From Neoechinorhynchus agilis (Eukaryota > Animalia > Acanthocephala), in NCBI GenBank assembly GCA_051530055.1, contig CM121341.1, positions 6,798,784 to 6,862,783 of the forward strand: a DNA stretch of 64,000 nt, in the 5' to 3' direction. The translations under genes and the position numbers were made by a program. Positions 39,401 to 52,200 of this stretch are shown here, piece by piece; position 1 is the stretch's first letter, and each line of letters starts with the position of its first letter. The notes beneath the pieces are model-generated. The model had not been told where the DNA came from and ran no database searches. It saw only the letters and a program-made list of their open reading frames with translations.

Positions 39401-41019
39401 GCCACACTCCTACTTTCAGCCGACTCCTACTGAGAAGAAAAAACTCAAGACAATTGAGAATCGTTTATGTTAATCGAACGACCCAGATTGAATGTAGGTG
39501 TAAGCTAAGAGTTAAAAAAGACGTCAAATGTTCAGATCTTGAGAAACATGGAAAGGATGGAGTATATTCGTATGTTTGTAACCGGACATGCGACGCCCGA
39601 AAGCCATGTGGACGACACCGGTGCCAGGAAAAATGTTGTTTAATCAGTGAGCACATTTGTCTCCTTGAATGTGGTCGATTGTTGAAGTGCAAAAAGCATA
39701 ATTGTCAAGATTTGTGTCATGCGGGTCCATGTAAGAGTCAAAGAAAAGTTTTGGGTTGAACTTTTTTTAACTTAACTCTGGCTCATTAAGCGATGTTTGG
39801 TGGCTACATTCGACGACTGGACTTGCGAATGTGGTCAGACCGTGGTACAGGCTCCGATTGTTTGTGGTCAAGAAATGCCAATGTGCCCAAATCCATGTAC
39901 TCGGAAACACGAATGCGACCATCCGGTTCGACACAACTGCCACTCGGACCCTAAGTGTCCCAAGTGCACTTTTCTCGTCGATAAGAAGTGCAAATGCGGT
40001 CGAAATGTAAGGCGTTCTCGTGTTTAAAAATCTAAATATTCGACTTTTTCCCATTAAGGAGATGAAGAACATTCCTTGTTTTTTGCCGTCCGTGAGTTGT
40101 GGAGATGTATGCGGACGAATGTTAGCTTGTCAAGTGCATTCGTGCCACAAGACTTGTCATACGGTCAGTTTTTGTAATTGTGAAAGAAGTTCAATGTCGA
40201 AAAACTAGGGACCATGCGAAAAGGACGGAGAGAAATGCACACAAAAGTGTATTAGATTACGAATTCAGTGCGGTCATCCGTGTGGCGCACAGTGTCATGG
40301 AAATGAATCAGACTGCCCGGTCTCCGAGTGTCAAACTGAAATTCTTTTAAAATGCGAATGCGGACGATTAAAGCAGATCGCCCGATGCGGTATAAAGAAC
40401 CAAAAAACGGATAATATCGAGGTTGAGATAGACAAAATGTAAGTATTCTGAATCTATTAGAAAAACAACAACATCATTTGTTCTTTTTAGATTAGAATGC
40501 GACAAAGAGTGTAAACGACAAAAGAGATTAAAGCAAATTGCGGATGCCTTGAAAGTGGACGTTAACACTAGTGGACTTCCACCTACTGAATATCCAAGCG
40601 AACTTAAGATGCGAGCCATGGAGCTTGGTATGAAATATGTGATTGGAATAGAGGAAAAGATAGCCACACTGGTACACGAGACCATTGAACTTAAGAGTCC
40701 TAGTCGTACGCTCTATTTTGAAGCATGTGGTTGGAAAAAACGGGAGTTTGTCAAAGCCTTAGCCGAATTCTACGGGTGTTCTGGTCTCAGCCAAGGCTGG
40801 AAATCTAATCGGTTCGTAATGATTGATGCGAGATTTGGTGAATGTTATACGCCTACGAGAAGCATCACAGATGCGCTGGAAGCCGATCGACGAATCCCAA
40901 AGCCGGTGGCTATTTTGCCTGAAACCGAACCAAACCTAACAGAACACGGAATCATGGAAAGAACACAATTAGCAAACGTAACTGATGAACTTAATGACAA
41001 CGAACTGAATCAAGATTGA
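36448..41019 (+). CDS. NFX1: NF-X1-type zinc finger protein (RING/PHD, NFX1 repeats, R3H-like C-terminus)
   Basis: LECMICC..IR.EVAVFSCRSCFNVFHLYCAKKW, WRCPACQ, YRCFCGK, many CH.GPCPPC repeats, LECDKECKRQKRLKQIADAL, and an R3H-like tail (IEEKIATLV...REFVKALAEFYG). Confidence 0.95.
36875..37205. repeat. Two-unit intronic tandem repeat ending in a tRNA T-arm-like GGTTCGATTCCC
   Basis: cacaaagaccatttgat...aagcatctgatcttaaa...ttccccgtgagattga...gcccggt.cagggttcgattccc, twice. Confidence 0.75.
37903..38271. mobile_element. hAT-type MITE inserted in NFX1 coding sequence
   Basis: 14-bp perfect TIR cagtggttcccaaa / tttgggaaccactg; 8-bp flanks aattagct / atttagcc (6 of 8 match), consistent with a decayed hAT TSD. 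Confidence 0.85.
38710..38880. repeat. GC-rich dispersed repeat; inverted copy at ~58270-58490
   Basis: ggaggcgctc...gcactcgaagg...aaacctgaccccacccttccagcagcctcgcaa.ccc.tggaacccagcgacc occurs at both loci. Confidence 0.8.
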
Positions 41020-42017
41020 GTTCCACTTATACTTAGCGGTTTTAGAGCCATAAAACGAGATTTATTGAACTATCGGGTTGTCCGAAAAGTTCTCTCAATA
41101 AAGCCAACAACAGTCGCTCTTAACTCGGTTGAAGAAATGAGGACACTAAGCTCTCATCGATTTCTTGATCTTAGAAATCTACATGGTGTACAGTGAGCAA
41201 TTGACGGTTACAGCGGTCAACAGAGTTTGCCCGGAACCGCAGCGGAAAAGCGCCCAATCCGCGGTCTAGAATCAGATGTTGTTCTTGTCTCTCTTTTTTT
41301 ATCTACTGCGTATCTGAAACGCCATCGAAACTTAGTACTTTTGGATTTTAGAGTAAACCACAACCGAGCCAAAAAATTAGTCCGGACATGGAGAAAATAT
41401 TTCATTTTGTTTTATTTTGAACCATAAATCATCCTACACAGGGCCTGAAATACTCCATAATTTCTGAATTCGTCTAATAAAAGAAAGTTTGGAGTTATTT
41501 AAATTACAATGATTAAAAATTCAAAGAGCGATTAAATCTCGGTACGCAGTTAGCATTTCGACGTTGCTCCAAAGCCACAAAAATTCTCAAAGGTTTCGTG
41601 TCGAGCTCTGTCGAACAGTGAAAATATCAAAGCCAACAATTACCGAATGCTCCAAAATGTTAATTCTTAAGATCGATTTTTTTGCGGATTAGAACTTAAT
41701 CAGGTTATTAAGTACAAACTGTGATTGTCAATCCCATTTGAGCTAAGATCATGATTTTCTGTTTATAAAAAAGTCCGCTAATCTCACTGCCAAATTATAC
41801 AAAAAGAAAACTCAACGCATAAGAACTCATTACGAAAGAGAATGAGAGAAAATGCATGAAGGTTATTTTAAAAGGTTCAAATACACAAGACCACTAAATA
41901 AAATTATGCGTTCAAGGAAGCTTTTTCAACGTTTTTCAAGGACTTAAACCCCGATAAACCCGTTTGTCCGGTCACTTGGTTGTTTATTCGGCGACTCTAC
42001 CACCATTCGAACGGTCC

Positions 42018-42445
42018 TCAATAGCCCAGTTTGACGAAATAGTCACGAAGACTACCAAGATTATTGGCAACAAGTTCTGATTTGACGGTATCATCATGAG
42101 TGGCAATCAAAATACCTAAATTGGAAAAATAGAACGAAAAAAAGGATTGAGTTTTCGAGAACACGTACATGAGTTGGCTTTAAACGCAACCAGTCCAGCG
42201 GCTCCTAGTTTTAGAACGCAGAATTCACCACAAGTCCTAACAGCGATGTATCGGCCATCGCCGACTGTGATTCCATCAGAAATCTTTTCAAAATCACTCG
42301 TTCCTTGAATCAGTAACTGAACTTGGGAACTATCCATCTTAAAGTTTGAACTCTCACACCACGGATTGCCGTCCAGACCATAGATCCCAGCTTGATTTAC
42401 GCCTTGAATCTCCTTTATTTTGTCGATGTACGCTTGCCAACTCAT
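42018..42445 (-). CDS. Profilin, 2 exons (53-nt intron 42168-42116)
   Basis: MSWQAYIDKIKEIQGVNQAGIYGLDGNPW...GITVGDGRYIAVR...CILIATHDDTVKSELVANNLGSLRDYFVKLGY*. Confidence 0.95.
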
Positions 42446-43049
42446 CTTGAAGAAAACAGCAGAATTCGGAGAAGAGACGTCGGTTTCATGGAGTGGCGAG
42501 ATGGGAAAGAATCAAATGGACGAGACTGGGCTTTGACGTCTGAGAAATGTGACGAAAACGATTTGGCAGCAAGTTTTCGGGTTTTGAAAGCGAATATTCG
42601 ACGATTTCATTCAAGTGAAATATCATGAGCCTGTTTTTTTTCGTCCTCTTGAAAAACAGAGATCAGTGTTTAAAAACAAGTATGCCGAAAATATTTGTTT
42701 TTCGAACAACAATGTTCAATCTCTCGTTTCTTCAGAGTGAAAACGAAATCCATAGAAATTTTCCCGATCAAAAAAACCCGTCAAAATCCTTCATATTGAC
42801 AGTTGTGCTGCACGATGATTTGTTCGCAAAGTCACCGAATATTCGTTCTTATAATGAGCGATGCACATCTTTTGGTGCTGTATCAAGTTAATGTTTGTTT
42901 CTAAGTGAGGAAATGCATCCCGGGTATTTCTGTAATTCCGCCGTCTCAAGATGCGTCTTGTGTGCTAAATGATATTTACGGAACTGACTTGTAGAGCTGA
43001 GGTGCCTGCTTTGTGTAAGGTATTGCGAATGAGTGTCATACGCGATAGT

Positions 43050-44620
43050 GGAGGAAAAGTGAGATGAAGAGAAGGCTAGACGAGAAAGGATGCGTAAAAT
43101 GGTGGAGAATCATTCGAGTTTCTTAGAACTCGTGGAATGTATCGGCTCTTTGTTTGAACATGTAAACTTTGTATGTTCAGTCATTCAAAAAGTGGGCAGT
43201 TTAGAATGGGGGTTTTATGTGGCTCGGGAACATGAAAGCTTTCTGTTCGTGCAGAAAATTGAGATTCAAACAAAAGAAATGATCGATAGGAGTTCAGCTC
43301 ATACTTCTAAAGTTATCCGGCTAAGGATCATCACATCTTCAACTATATCTTCCTGAAGGATTTTCTCTCTCTCTCTCGATGATTAGTTTATTTGGAGATG
43401 TGATGATCAAAATCCCGGGTATAGAACATATTGAGAAATACTTCGCGATGCAAAAAATTGAGATTCAAACAAAAGAAATGATCGATAAGGGTTCAGCTCA
43501 TACCTTTAAAGTTATCCGGCTAAGAATCATGATCACCACATCTTCAGCTCTATCTTCCTGAAGGATTTTCTCTCTCTCTCGATGATTAGTTTATTTGGAG
43601 ATGTGGTGATCAAAATCCCGGGTATAGAACATATTGAGAAATTCTCAAATGCGAATTGTTACACACTCGAGTTTTATTGAACTCTTCATTGCAAATTTTC
43701 AAGGTCTCAGCCTCCTTCTGAAGCATTGTCTAGGCTGAGGCCTTCAAAAAATTGCAATAAAGAGTTCAATAAAACTCGAGTGTGTAACAATTCGCCATTG
43801 AGAATACACATCCACTCGAAGGTACAATTGGATAGAATATTGAGAAATACTTCGCGAGGAATCCTCGTTTTTTCAGTCATCTAAAAAACGGTTTTATAGT
43901 TGTTTTTTATGTGGCTCGGGAACGTGAAGGCTTTCTCTTGGTGCAGAAAGTGTAAATTCAAACAAAAGAAATGATCGATAGGAGTTCAGCTCATACTTCT
44001 AAAGTTATCCGGTTAAGGATCATGATAATCACATCTTCAACTCTATCTTCCTGAAGGATTTTCTCTCTCTCAATGATTAGTTTATTTGGAGATTTGATGA
44101 TCAAAATCCAGGATAGAACATATTGAGAAATACTTCGCGATGCAAAAAATTGAGATTCAAACAAAAGAAATGATCGATAGGAGTTCAGCTCATACTTCTA
44201 AAGTTATCCGGCTAAGGATCGTGATCCCCAAATCTCCAAGTCCATTTTCCTGAAGGATTTTCTCTCTCTCGATGATTAGTTTATTTGGAGATGTGATGAT
44301 CAAAATCCCGGGTATAAAATATTGAGAAATACTTTGCGCGAAATCCTTGCCTCAACAATAATTTAAAAAGGGTTTCAGTTGTTTTTGTGTGCCTCGGGTA
44401 AATAAAAGCTTTCTGTTGGTGCAGAAAGGTGAGATTCGAACTATAGCAATGATAGCTACAAGTTCAGTTCATACCTTTAAAGTTTTTCGGTTGAATATTA
44501 TGATCACCACTTTTCCAACTCTATGATGCCGAAGGATTGTATATTGGTGATCAATAAAATATATTTTATCCGTATCATAATGGTCATCACATTTCCAACT
44601 CTATTTTCCCGAATGATTTT
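43050..44620. repeat. Degenerate tandem array of the TOM40-intron satellite family (reverse orientation), interrupted by a hairpin MITE at 43641-43805
   Basis: Repeats of gagattcaaacaaaagaaatgatcgataggagttcagctcatacttctaaagttatccgg and cctgaaggattttctctctctcgatgattagtttatttggagat. Confidence 0.9.
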
Positions 44621-45064
44621 CTTTCAATTATTAGCTTCTTTATTCAATTAGAAAACTTTACGTTTATTAAATAGGATGTCTTTTCAGAATGTTGGACGAG
44701 TTCTACGCTTCCCCGAAAAGTTCAAAATTTTAATAACGTAGTTTTTTAGTATGAAACATAACGAACGCTACCATTGGTGCTTGAGTTTGATTAGTCCGAA
44801 ATTAAACTTACACTCTTTCAATCCGCTGTATTTTTATTCGCGATACGCTGTGTTAGGTCTACATTTGCTTTTGTTGGTTTCCTGACTTGCATCAGAAAAC
44901 GTCTACCATGAACTCTTCCAAAAATATATGCAATTACTTTTCCCTCTGCATTTCGGCCATTGAAGCCTTGAATGAAATCAACCTACACTATAACCATTCG
45001 TTAATTCTTATTATATCAGATTAATGAACACAATTCATAATGTACTTTCTGTATCCAGATAAGT

Positions 45065-48000
45065 CTAGGGATCAACAAATGAAACCAAAATGTATCTAGT
45101 TCCATTCGTAGTTTGCAGTCCTTCGTGATAGTGTGTCAGTCTTCCTGGATGCATCAAAGCCCATCCCATCTTTAGATCCTTTATTACCGTGTTGTATCGA
45201 ATGAACTTGACGCCACCTCCTTGATAATCGATATTTGGTCGATTAAGAGCGATATTGATTGTATAGGTAGATGCATCATGGTGCGGACGTAGACGGTCTT
45301 GTCCATCTTTATGGTACCTTACAACAAAACTCAAAGGAGCGTTGGGCTCCGCCTTTTCATATCCTTTAAAAAGCTTGATTTGCATCGGACGAACAATGGT
45401 TTTTAGTATGTCGTGCCAGGTTTCCGCGAACCCAATTTGAGAGAAGTGGATATCGTCAGTTGGTACATTCTCGTAGCCCCCAGGAATCCGTTGATCAGTA
45501 TGCTTTCCGCCCGACCATAAGTCTGGATGAGCTTCAACTGTGGCCACTAAGTCAGTGCAAAACTTCTCGGAAAACAGGGGAAACCAAAACACATCCGGTG
45601 CTGGTTGTTGATTTCGATCGGCTTTCAGGTGAGCTGCAAATTCAGTGTGGATGTATTTTTCGGCCCATATCTAACACGTATCATAGAATGTTTCTTTAAC
45701 CGAAAATATGTCGAACCTTTTGATTTGATTTAAATTCATAAAGGTCCGGTCGAACTAGAGACGTATTGTAATTACTAACGTCAACCAATGTTCCGTAAGT
45801 GTCATAATTTGTCACGAACATGTGAATTCCCTAAATCGAAGGACAACTATCTTAAGTAGTCTGTAAAAACAGCAAGATGGTCGATTGTGAAAACGGTTTG
45901 ATCAGTAGTTCAATAACGCATTGCACTAAGCATCGAATTTAAAGGTCTCATTGAATCTTAGTAAGATCAATTTTTGTAAGTAAAATAACCTTTAGATTAA
46001 AGGTCTTTCCTCAAAGATATAAAAGGTGACATCTCTCGACATTTTCTAATCCACTCTATAAAAATAAGATATTTTATGAAAGATATATTTGTCATTAAAG
46101 TAAACAATTGCCTAATTAAAACTCACGTGAAATTTTGAGCGTGAATAATCGATAATTTGATCGGGCGTGCTAAGTCTCTTCCTCCACGATTATTCCACAA
46201 AAATATCTCTTGCTATGCTTGAAAGCGCTGGAGTAATTTTAAACAGGTTTACCTTTTTCCTTAATTCATGCGTGATACCAATATCGAAATCCACCCTTGA
46301 GTCTACTCCATCGATTTTAAGTAAGGTATCTTTACGAAACGCAACAAATTCGGATACAAATGGAACATTCCATAGACCACTGATTTAAGAAAGGAGTAAG
46401 TTTAACGGTGGTTATTAGTTACAAACCTCGTTTTGTTATCAACAATGTCAAGATAGTCTTGGGATCGAACATAGTATCCGGCATCATCCACGTCGCCCCA
46501 AAAATTACTCCAATACGTCCCCGCCCGTGTCATTAAAGGTGCTATCACTGATCTATTGATAAAAGCGCAGCGATTTAAATCTATATGAAGACAAATACTT
46601 ACTTATTCCATGAAATCAAATCTTTTAAAGTCTTTGGATTTTCGACGTGAACCGTTGATTCAAGTTGGACGTAAAATTCTATGTCAAACTTTCGTGCTTC
46701 CATGCTTAAATGGATATTATTAGCTTGAGGAGGCAATGAACGATGGAGTCTCCTTTATAGACATCCTTTAAAGTATTGTAACCATTTAAAATTTAACAAC
46801 GAACAAAAGCTAATCGCGACAACATGAAAAAGCCACTTAAAAGAATTCTATTTAATTTACATTCTCTGAAAAGTTCGTTGAATGTGAGATTTGAAAAGTA
46901 TGCAAAGTTTTCTAGAAAAAGTTGTATTAGTTCTTAAGTAGAACCGAATGAAACTACTGATTTCAGAGAATCACTATAAATTATGAAAACGTGAAATGTA
47001 ATCAAGTTCGTTCACACCTTACATTGCAGCGTTTTTGGCCTGATTTTCGAGGATATCATCTTGGGATGGTAAATACTTAATCTTCCCATAAGTATTTTTG
47101 TGAGCAGAAATAAAATCTTCGACTGTTTGATTGTGAAAATCGATCTAAATGCTAATTTTAGTTTCGCTCACGGGTCTTGCCAACGGTATACGCACTGCGT
47201 TATGTACAAACAGATATATTTTGTCTTTTGGGTAGTCGATATTTGTAAGTTTCTCGAAAAATTCATTAAGAAATGGCGTTGGCTGTTCAACGAAGACACC
47301 AATTGATACTAGTGGCAGATCTTCAAACAAATCGAGCTGAGTGTAACATCGATTGCAGAGACCGATCGAAGGTAGATAGTTCGAAACTTGATTGATTACG
47401 ATCTAAGTATGAGATGGTGATAGAGATCATTGAGGTGAAAAATAAACGCACGCTGTCATCTTCGGAGAAGAGGACCGATGAGGATGAAATGCTAGTGAGT
47501 GGTCGACTCAATTTTGTAAATATTGCGCTTTCATCGTCGACTTTTATCGTATCCTAAACCGAAAAAAGAGAGATGTCGCTTTAATTTTCCGGTTGGATAT
47601 TTAACCTTGGCTAAAGCCATCCGTATTGCATCGATTTGATTTGTGTTAAATGGCACGATGAGGGATTATATAGGGAGACCTGTATAAAAAAATTTGATTT
47701 GGTCCCGTGTTTTGGCCAATTGCTAGAAGATAATTGAAACGCTGTAAATTGTTTTAATTGGGTTGCAATTTTTTATTATCTTTCTGGGGATTAAATATCA
47801 CACACACAAAATGTTATTCGGATAAAATTTTGGCATGATCAAACGGATTGATTAAATGCGATTTTGAAAGCAGGGCACTGCTTTTTTATTTATTTATAAG
47901 AATTTCTTAATTAAACAAAAAGGAAAATGAAAACTTAATATATGTTAGTCGAGCCACGAGTGCATCAACAAATTACGGTTTGGTAAAACTTTTCCCGTCA

Positions 48001-49183
48001 GATTCTTCACTGTACCATTTACTATTAGTGAAAAATAGTTCTTTTAAAATGCTCCTTTTACCAATGACAACTGTCGGAGATTCTTTAATTGTTTTCAGAC
48101 TGCATGTCCCCTCGCGAGAACAGTTAGGCGAGGGGATTACAACAGGAGCAGTCAGTTTATCCAGGTTAAAGAGTAGCTGCTGACCACTCGAAGGAATCAA
48201 AAAGTTGAAACCTTTCAGTAAAATGATAAATTCCTTCTTTTTATCACTTTTATCATTTTTAAGGCAACTCTTGATCCATTCGTTCCCATAATTGTTTTCG
48301 TTGATGAAAGTCTAAACACAAAAGTTGTTAGAGAACGCTCATTTAAGCGAAGCAGCTTGTCGTTTGAATATTTCTCGGTAAAACAATCACGGATCGTAAA
48401 GGAAAATTCGATTCCCAAATTTTTGTTTAACCTTTAAGTTTCCCCATTGAACATTGCACACAACAGAATCGTCCAACTAATCAGGTGTTTTTACGTTATT
48501 TTAATCGAACTAATTGGTTTTTGTAAAGAATTTGTTCACGGATATATGTATTTTTTGTGATGAGAACAGATTGATTTGTCGATATGTGAGGAGGTACTGG
48601 GGAATGTGATTGGAAATATTGATTAGAAGCCTTCATCACTCGGTAAATGATTTTTTCGATTAAAGACGTTATGTGAACCTCGTTTTATGGTAATCATCAG
48701 TTTGTTAGTTAGCGTTGATCGAGGTTCGAAACGTCTTTAATCGAAAAAATCATTTACCGAGTGATGAAGGCTTCTAAACAATAATTACAGAGATTGATTT
48801 ATTATCGTCAATATTTCGTTCGTCTCATCGGACGTCTTCAGGTTATTTGCTAGTGTTCACGGCTTCAGATCGAGTGAAGTCCGACGAGACGGACGAAATA
48901 TTGGGAATTGATGTGTTTCTCTTAGGTCAAAATACCTCGAGTGGTCTATAGTAGAAATGCAAGTGAAATTGGAGACAAACCTTAGCATCATAACCATTCA
49001 TTGCTAAAGTAGATTCCAATCTTCGTTGGTTATCAAACTCTGTTTGATTTGCGCATATTAAAACGCTGATTGACTGCGTAGCTAAAAACTCGATTTCTTA
49101 ACAAAAGAGCATATAAAAGAGAGAGAGTAAATACCTGCAATTATTGCGTAAAAAACCAATATCGATCCAATCAAATAGCTCAT
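45065..49183 (-). CDS. PLOD paralog A: intact Fe(II)/2OG lysyl hydroxylase domain, degenerate N-terminal glycosyltransferase domain
   Basis: Signal peptide [17 protein letters not shown]; [19 protein letters not shown]; [20 protein letters not shown]; [16 protein letters not shown]...[12 protein letters not shown]...[10 protein letters not shown]. At least one middle exon (~47600) not resolved. Confidence 0.9.
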
Positions 49184-49252
49184 CTAGAAATAGACGGTCA
49201 CTTATTTTACCGGAGCTCAATGAATAATTATTTTTATTTCACAATGGAATCA

Positions 49253-52200
49253 TTAGGGATCAATGAATGACACTAAAATGTACCGCGTTCCTTCGGTAAT
49301 TTTTAGACCTTCATGGATGTGGGTAAGTCTACCCGGAAACATGACCGGCCATCCAATTCTTGTGTCCACCAATGAACAATTATATCGAATAAATTTAACA
49401 CCACCAGCCTTATAATCAATACCGGCTCGATTTAGAGCAATATCCAGGGTATATGTAGAAGCGTCGTGGTGTGCTCTGAGATGATCTTGAATAGAAAGAT
49501 CGTACCTAACCACAAATGTCAAAGGAGCTTGTGGTGGATCTTTATAATATCCTAAAAATATCCTCATCTGCAAGGGCTGAATAAATTGTTTAAGAAAATG
49601 GTGCCAATGATCCTGCCATCCGATTTGCGTCATGTGGATATCGTCAGTCGGTACGTTCTCATATCCTCCTGGAATGCGACCGTCTGTGTGTTTTCCCAGT
49701 GACCATTGCCCAGTGTTGTTGACGGTCTCGATCATCTCCCTTGCAAATCTTTCCGATAATAGGGGATACCAAAACACATCTGAGCAAGGCTGAATCTTGA
49801 AATTGAAGAAAAATGACTTAAAATCTATTGACCCTACCTGTTGAATAAAGAACTTATCGGTCTCAATCTCCACACCAACCAAATCGCTCAAATATTCTCG
49901 TCTCCACTGCTCCAAAGGAATCTCTTTTTGTTTCGTATACTCTAAGAATTTTGGATGTAAATATCGTACTTTCCAATCTTCGAGATTACTAAAAATTTCA
50001 TAAAGTTCAGGGTGAAGCGCTGTTGAGTTGAAACTTTCAGGATCGACCAAATGACCGTAACTGTGGAGATTAGTCGCCCACATGAAAATTCCAGAATCTC
50101 GCAAATATTTTGTAAGTTCCATGTCTTCATCGATTTCCTTCTCTTTCCACCCACCTGCCTTTTCAAGGCGGTCAACGATTGCTCGTTTTAAAAGAATAAA
50201 CGATGAAATATGTGGAACATTCCACATACCCACTCGTTCATCTTCAACGATCGATACATAATCGCTTGATCGCAAATAATATCCGTTTTCGTCAATCGCT
50301 CCCCAAAAGTTTGAGAATAGTCGACTGGGTCTTCGCAGTATAGGAGCAATCACCGATCGATTAAGTCCTATGAGGAAGGCAAGCGTCTCAGGTTCATCAA
50401 TGTGGGCAGTAGCGTCCATTATAAGAAGATAGTCACAGTTCATACGTCGACATGATTTGATAAAATGGTTCCTGGCGTCCTTTTGGTTCAATTTCTTGTC
50501 TCCATGATGTTCATATAGTCGATAGGATTTTTTTAGTTTACCAGCTTCGAAAAAATGTTTGATTTGTTTGTCATGAATTGGAGCACTATTATGAATTACG
50601 AGACCAATTTTGGATTGTGGGTAAGAAATGCTAGTCAGTTTTGTAAGAAATTCTTCAAAGAAGGGCGTTTCGGATTCAGCGAGGACGCCAATTAAGACCG
50701 ATGGCCATTTGTTTCGCTATGATAGGAACACATAATTTCAATGAAGATTAAAGTGTCCTACTCACGTTCACAGCTTCCAAGTCAAATACATTATTTTCGC
50801 AGTGACGGCAACCGAAATTAGGAATCCAGCGTTTTGCCAAATAATTGGAAAATTGGTTGAACAGTAGCTGCACAGGTAAAGCGAAAATAAAGATGGAGAG
50901 AGGTTAAGTTTTGGTTAAAAACTTTTACAAACTAGCGGAGCCATCGATGTGAATTTGAGACGAAAATGATAAAAACGAAAATAAGGGGGAAACTTGAACC
51001 GATTATTTTGAAATGGTGAATGAGGAAAAGTTTAAGATAGTTTGAACCAGAGAAGTGTTGAATGATTAATAATTGGAAAGGATGAATGGAGAAAAATGGA
51101 TATAAAAAGATTAGAAGTTCGAAAGGAGGGGAAGGAGGGAAAGTTTAAGATAGCTTGAACCAGAGAAGCGTTGAATGATTAATAATTGGAAAGGATGAAT
51201 AGAGAAAAATGGATATAAAAAGGTTAGAAGTTCGAAAGGAGGGGAAGGAGGGGAAGTTTAAGATAGTTTGAACCAGAGAAGTGTTGAATGATTAATAATT
51301 GGAAAGGATGAATAGAGAAAAATGGATATAAAAAGGTTAGAATTTCGAAAGGAGGGGAAGGAGGGAAAGTTTAAAGGAAATAAAAACAAAAAAAGGAGAC
51401 AATGAAAATGATAAGAGAATGGGAAGTTGTGGAATGAGAGGAGGATAAGAAAGCGAGTGTAGTAAGCGCATCGAAAAGGAGGAATAGAGAAAATTTGTAA
51501 AGTGAAAATGATCCTAAAGAAGGAAACTAGAATCGGAATGAGCGTATTGTGGAGCACGAAACGGGTTAAAGGATCAAAATGAGAATAGTGAACATTGTTC
51601 ATGGGAGAAGATGATCGAAATTGCAGCAGCAGAAAGGTCGTCCGGTCTTTTAGTTTTGACGGGTAGAAGGTTGGTAAAGAGCAATACAATAAACAATTGG
51701 ACGAAGAGAATTTTTGTACAAATATTTAAATTAAAAAATTATAAGACTGTACAGAATTATGCCGAACCTACCTTAGAAGGGCCATTTCCATGCAAAATGG
51801 ACGGACGAGTTCCAGATTGGAAATTGGTAAGAATTGAGGTAGCGTTTTCAAACGTGATCTGCAAATCTTTTTGAGCTCCATTCAGGCTTTGAAAGATCTC
51901 AGACTTTGTATCGAGTCCAACGTCCTTCTGTCCCTTACGTTTCGCCGCATTAAGATAGAAATTTGTATACGCCAACTGATCATCATCAGCGTCCTTAATC
52001 GACAATGAGTTTATTAAATTTATAACATCATCTTTATAGCCCATGAAAAGGCCAGAGTTTAGGAACCGACTTGCGTTCTCGGAAACTTCTGGATATTTTG
52101 CCTAAATAGAATAGAGTTACGACAATTTCAAACGAGAATCTTTATATTACTTCGAGCGTTTTGTCTGGCCAGCAGAATGTTTCTGCGGAAAAGATAATGC

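Noticed and set aside
39731-39790. Apparent AG...AG non-canonical intron in NFX1, flanked by taag repeats (would give GPCKRC)
   Set aside because: A canonical in-frame 43-nt GT-AG intron (39748-39790) exists, and similarly weak gtttt donors occur elsewhere in this window.
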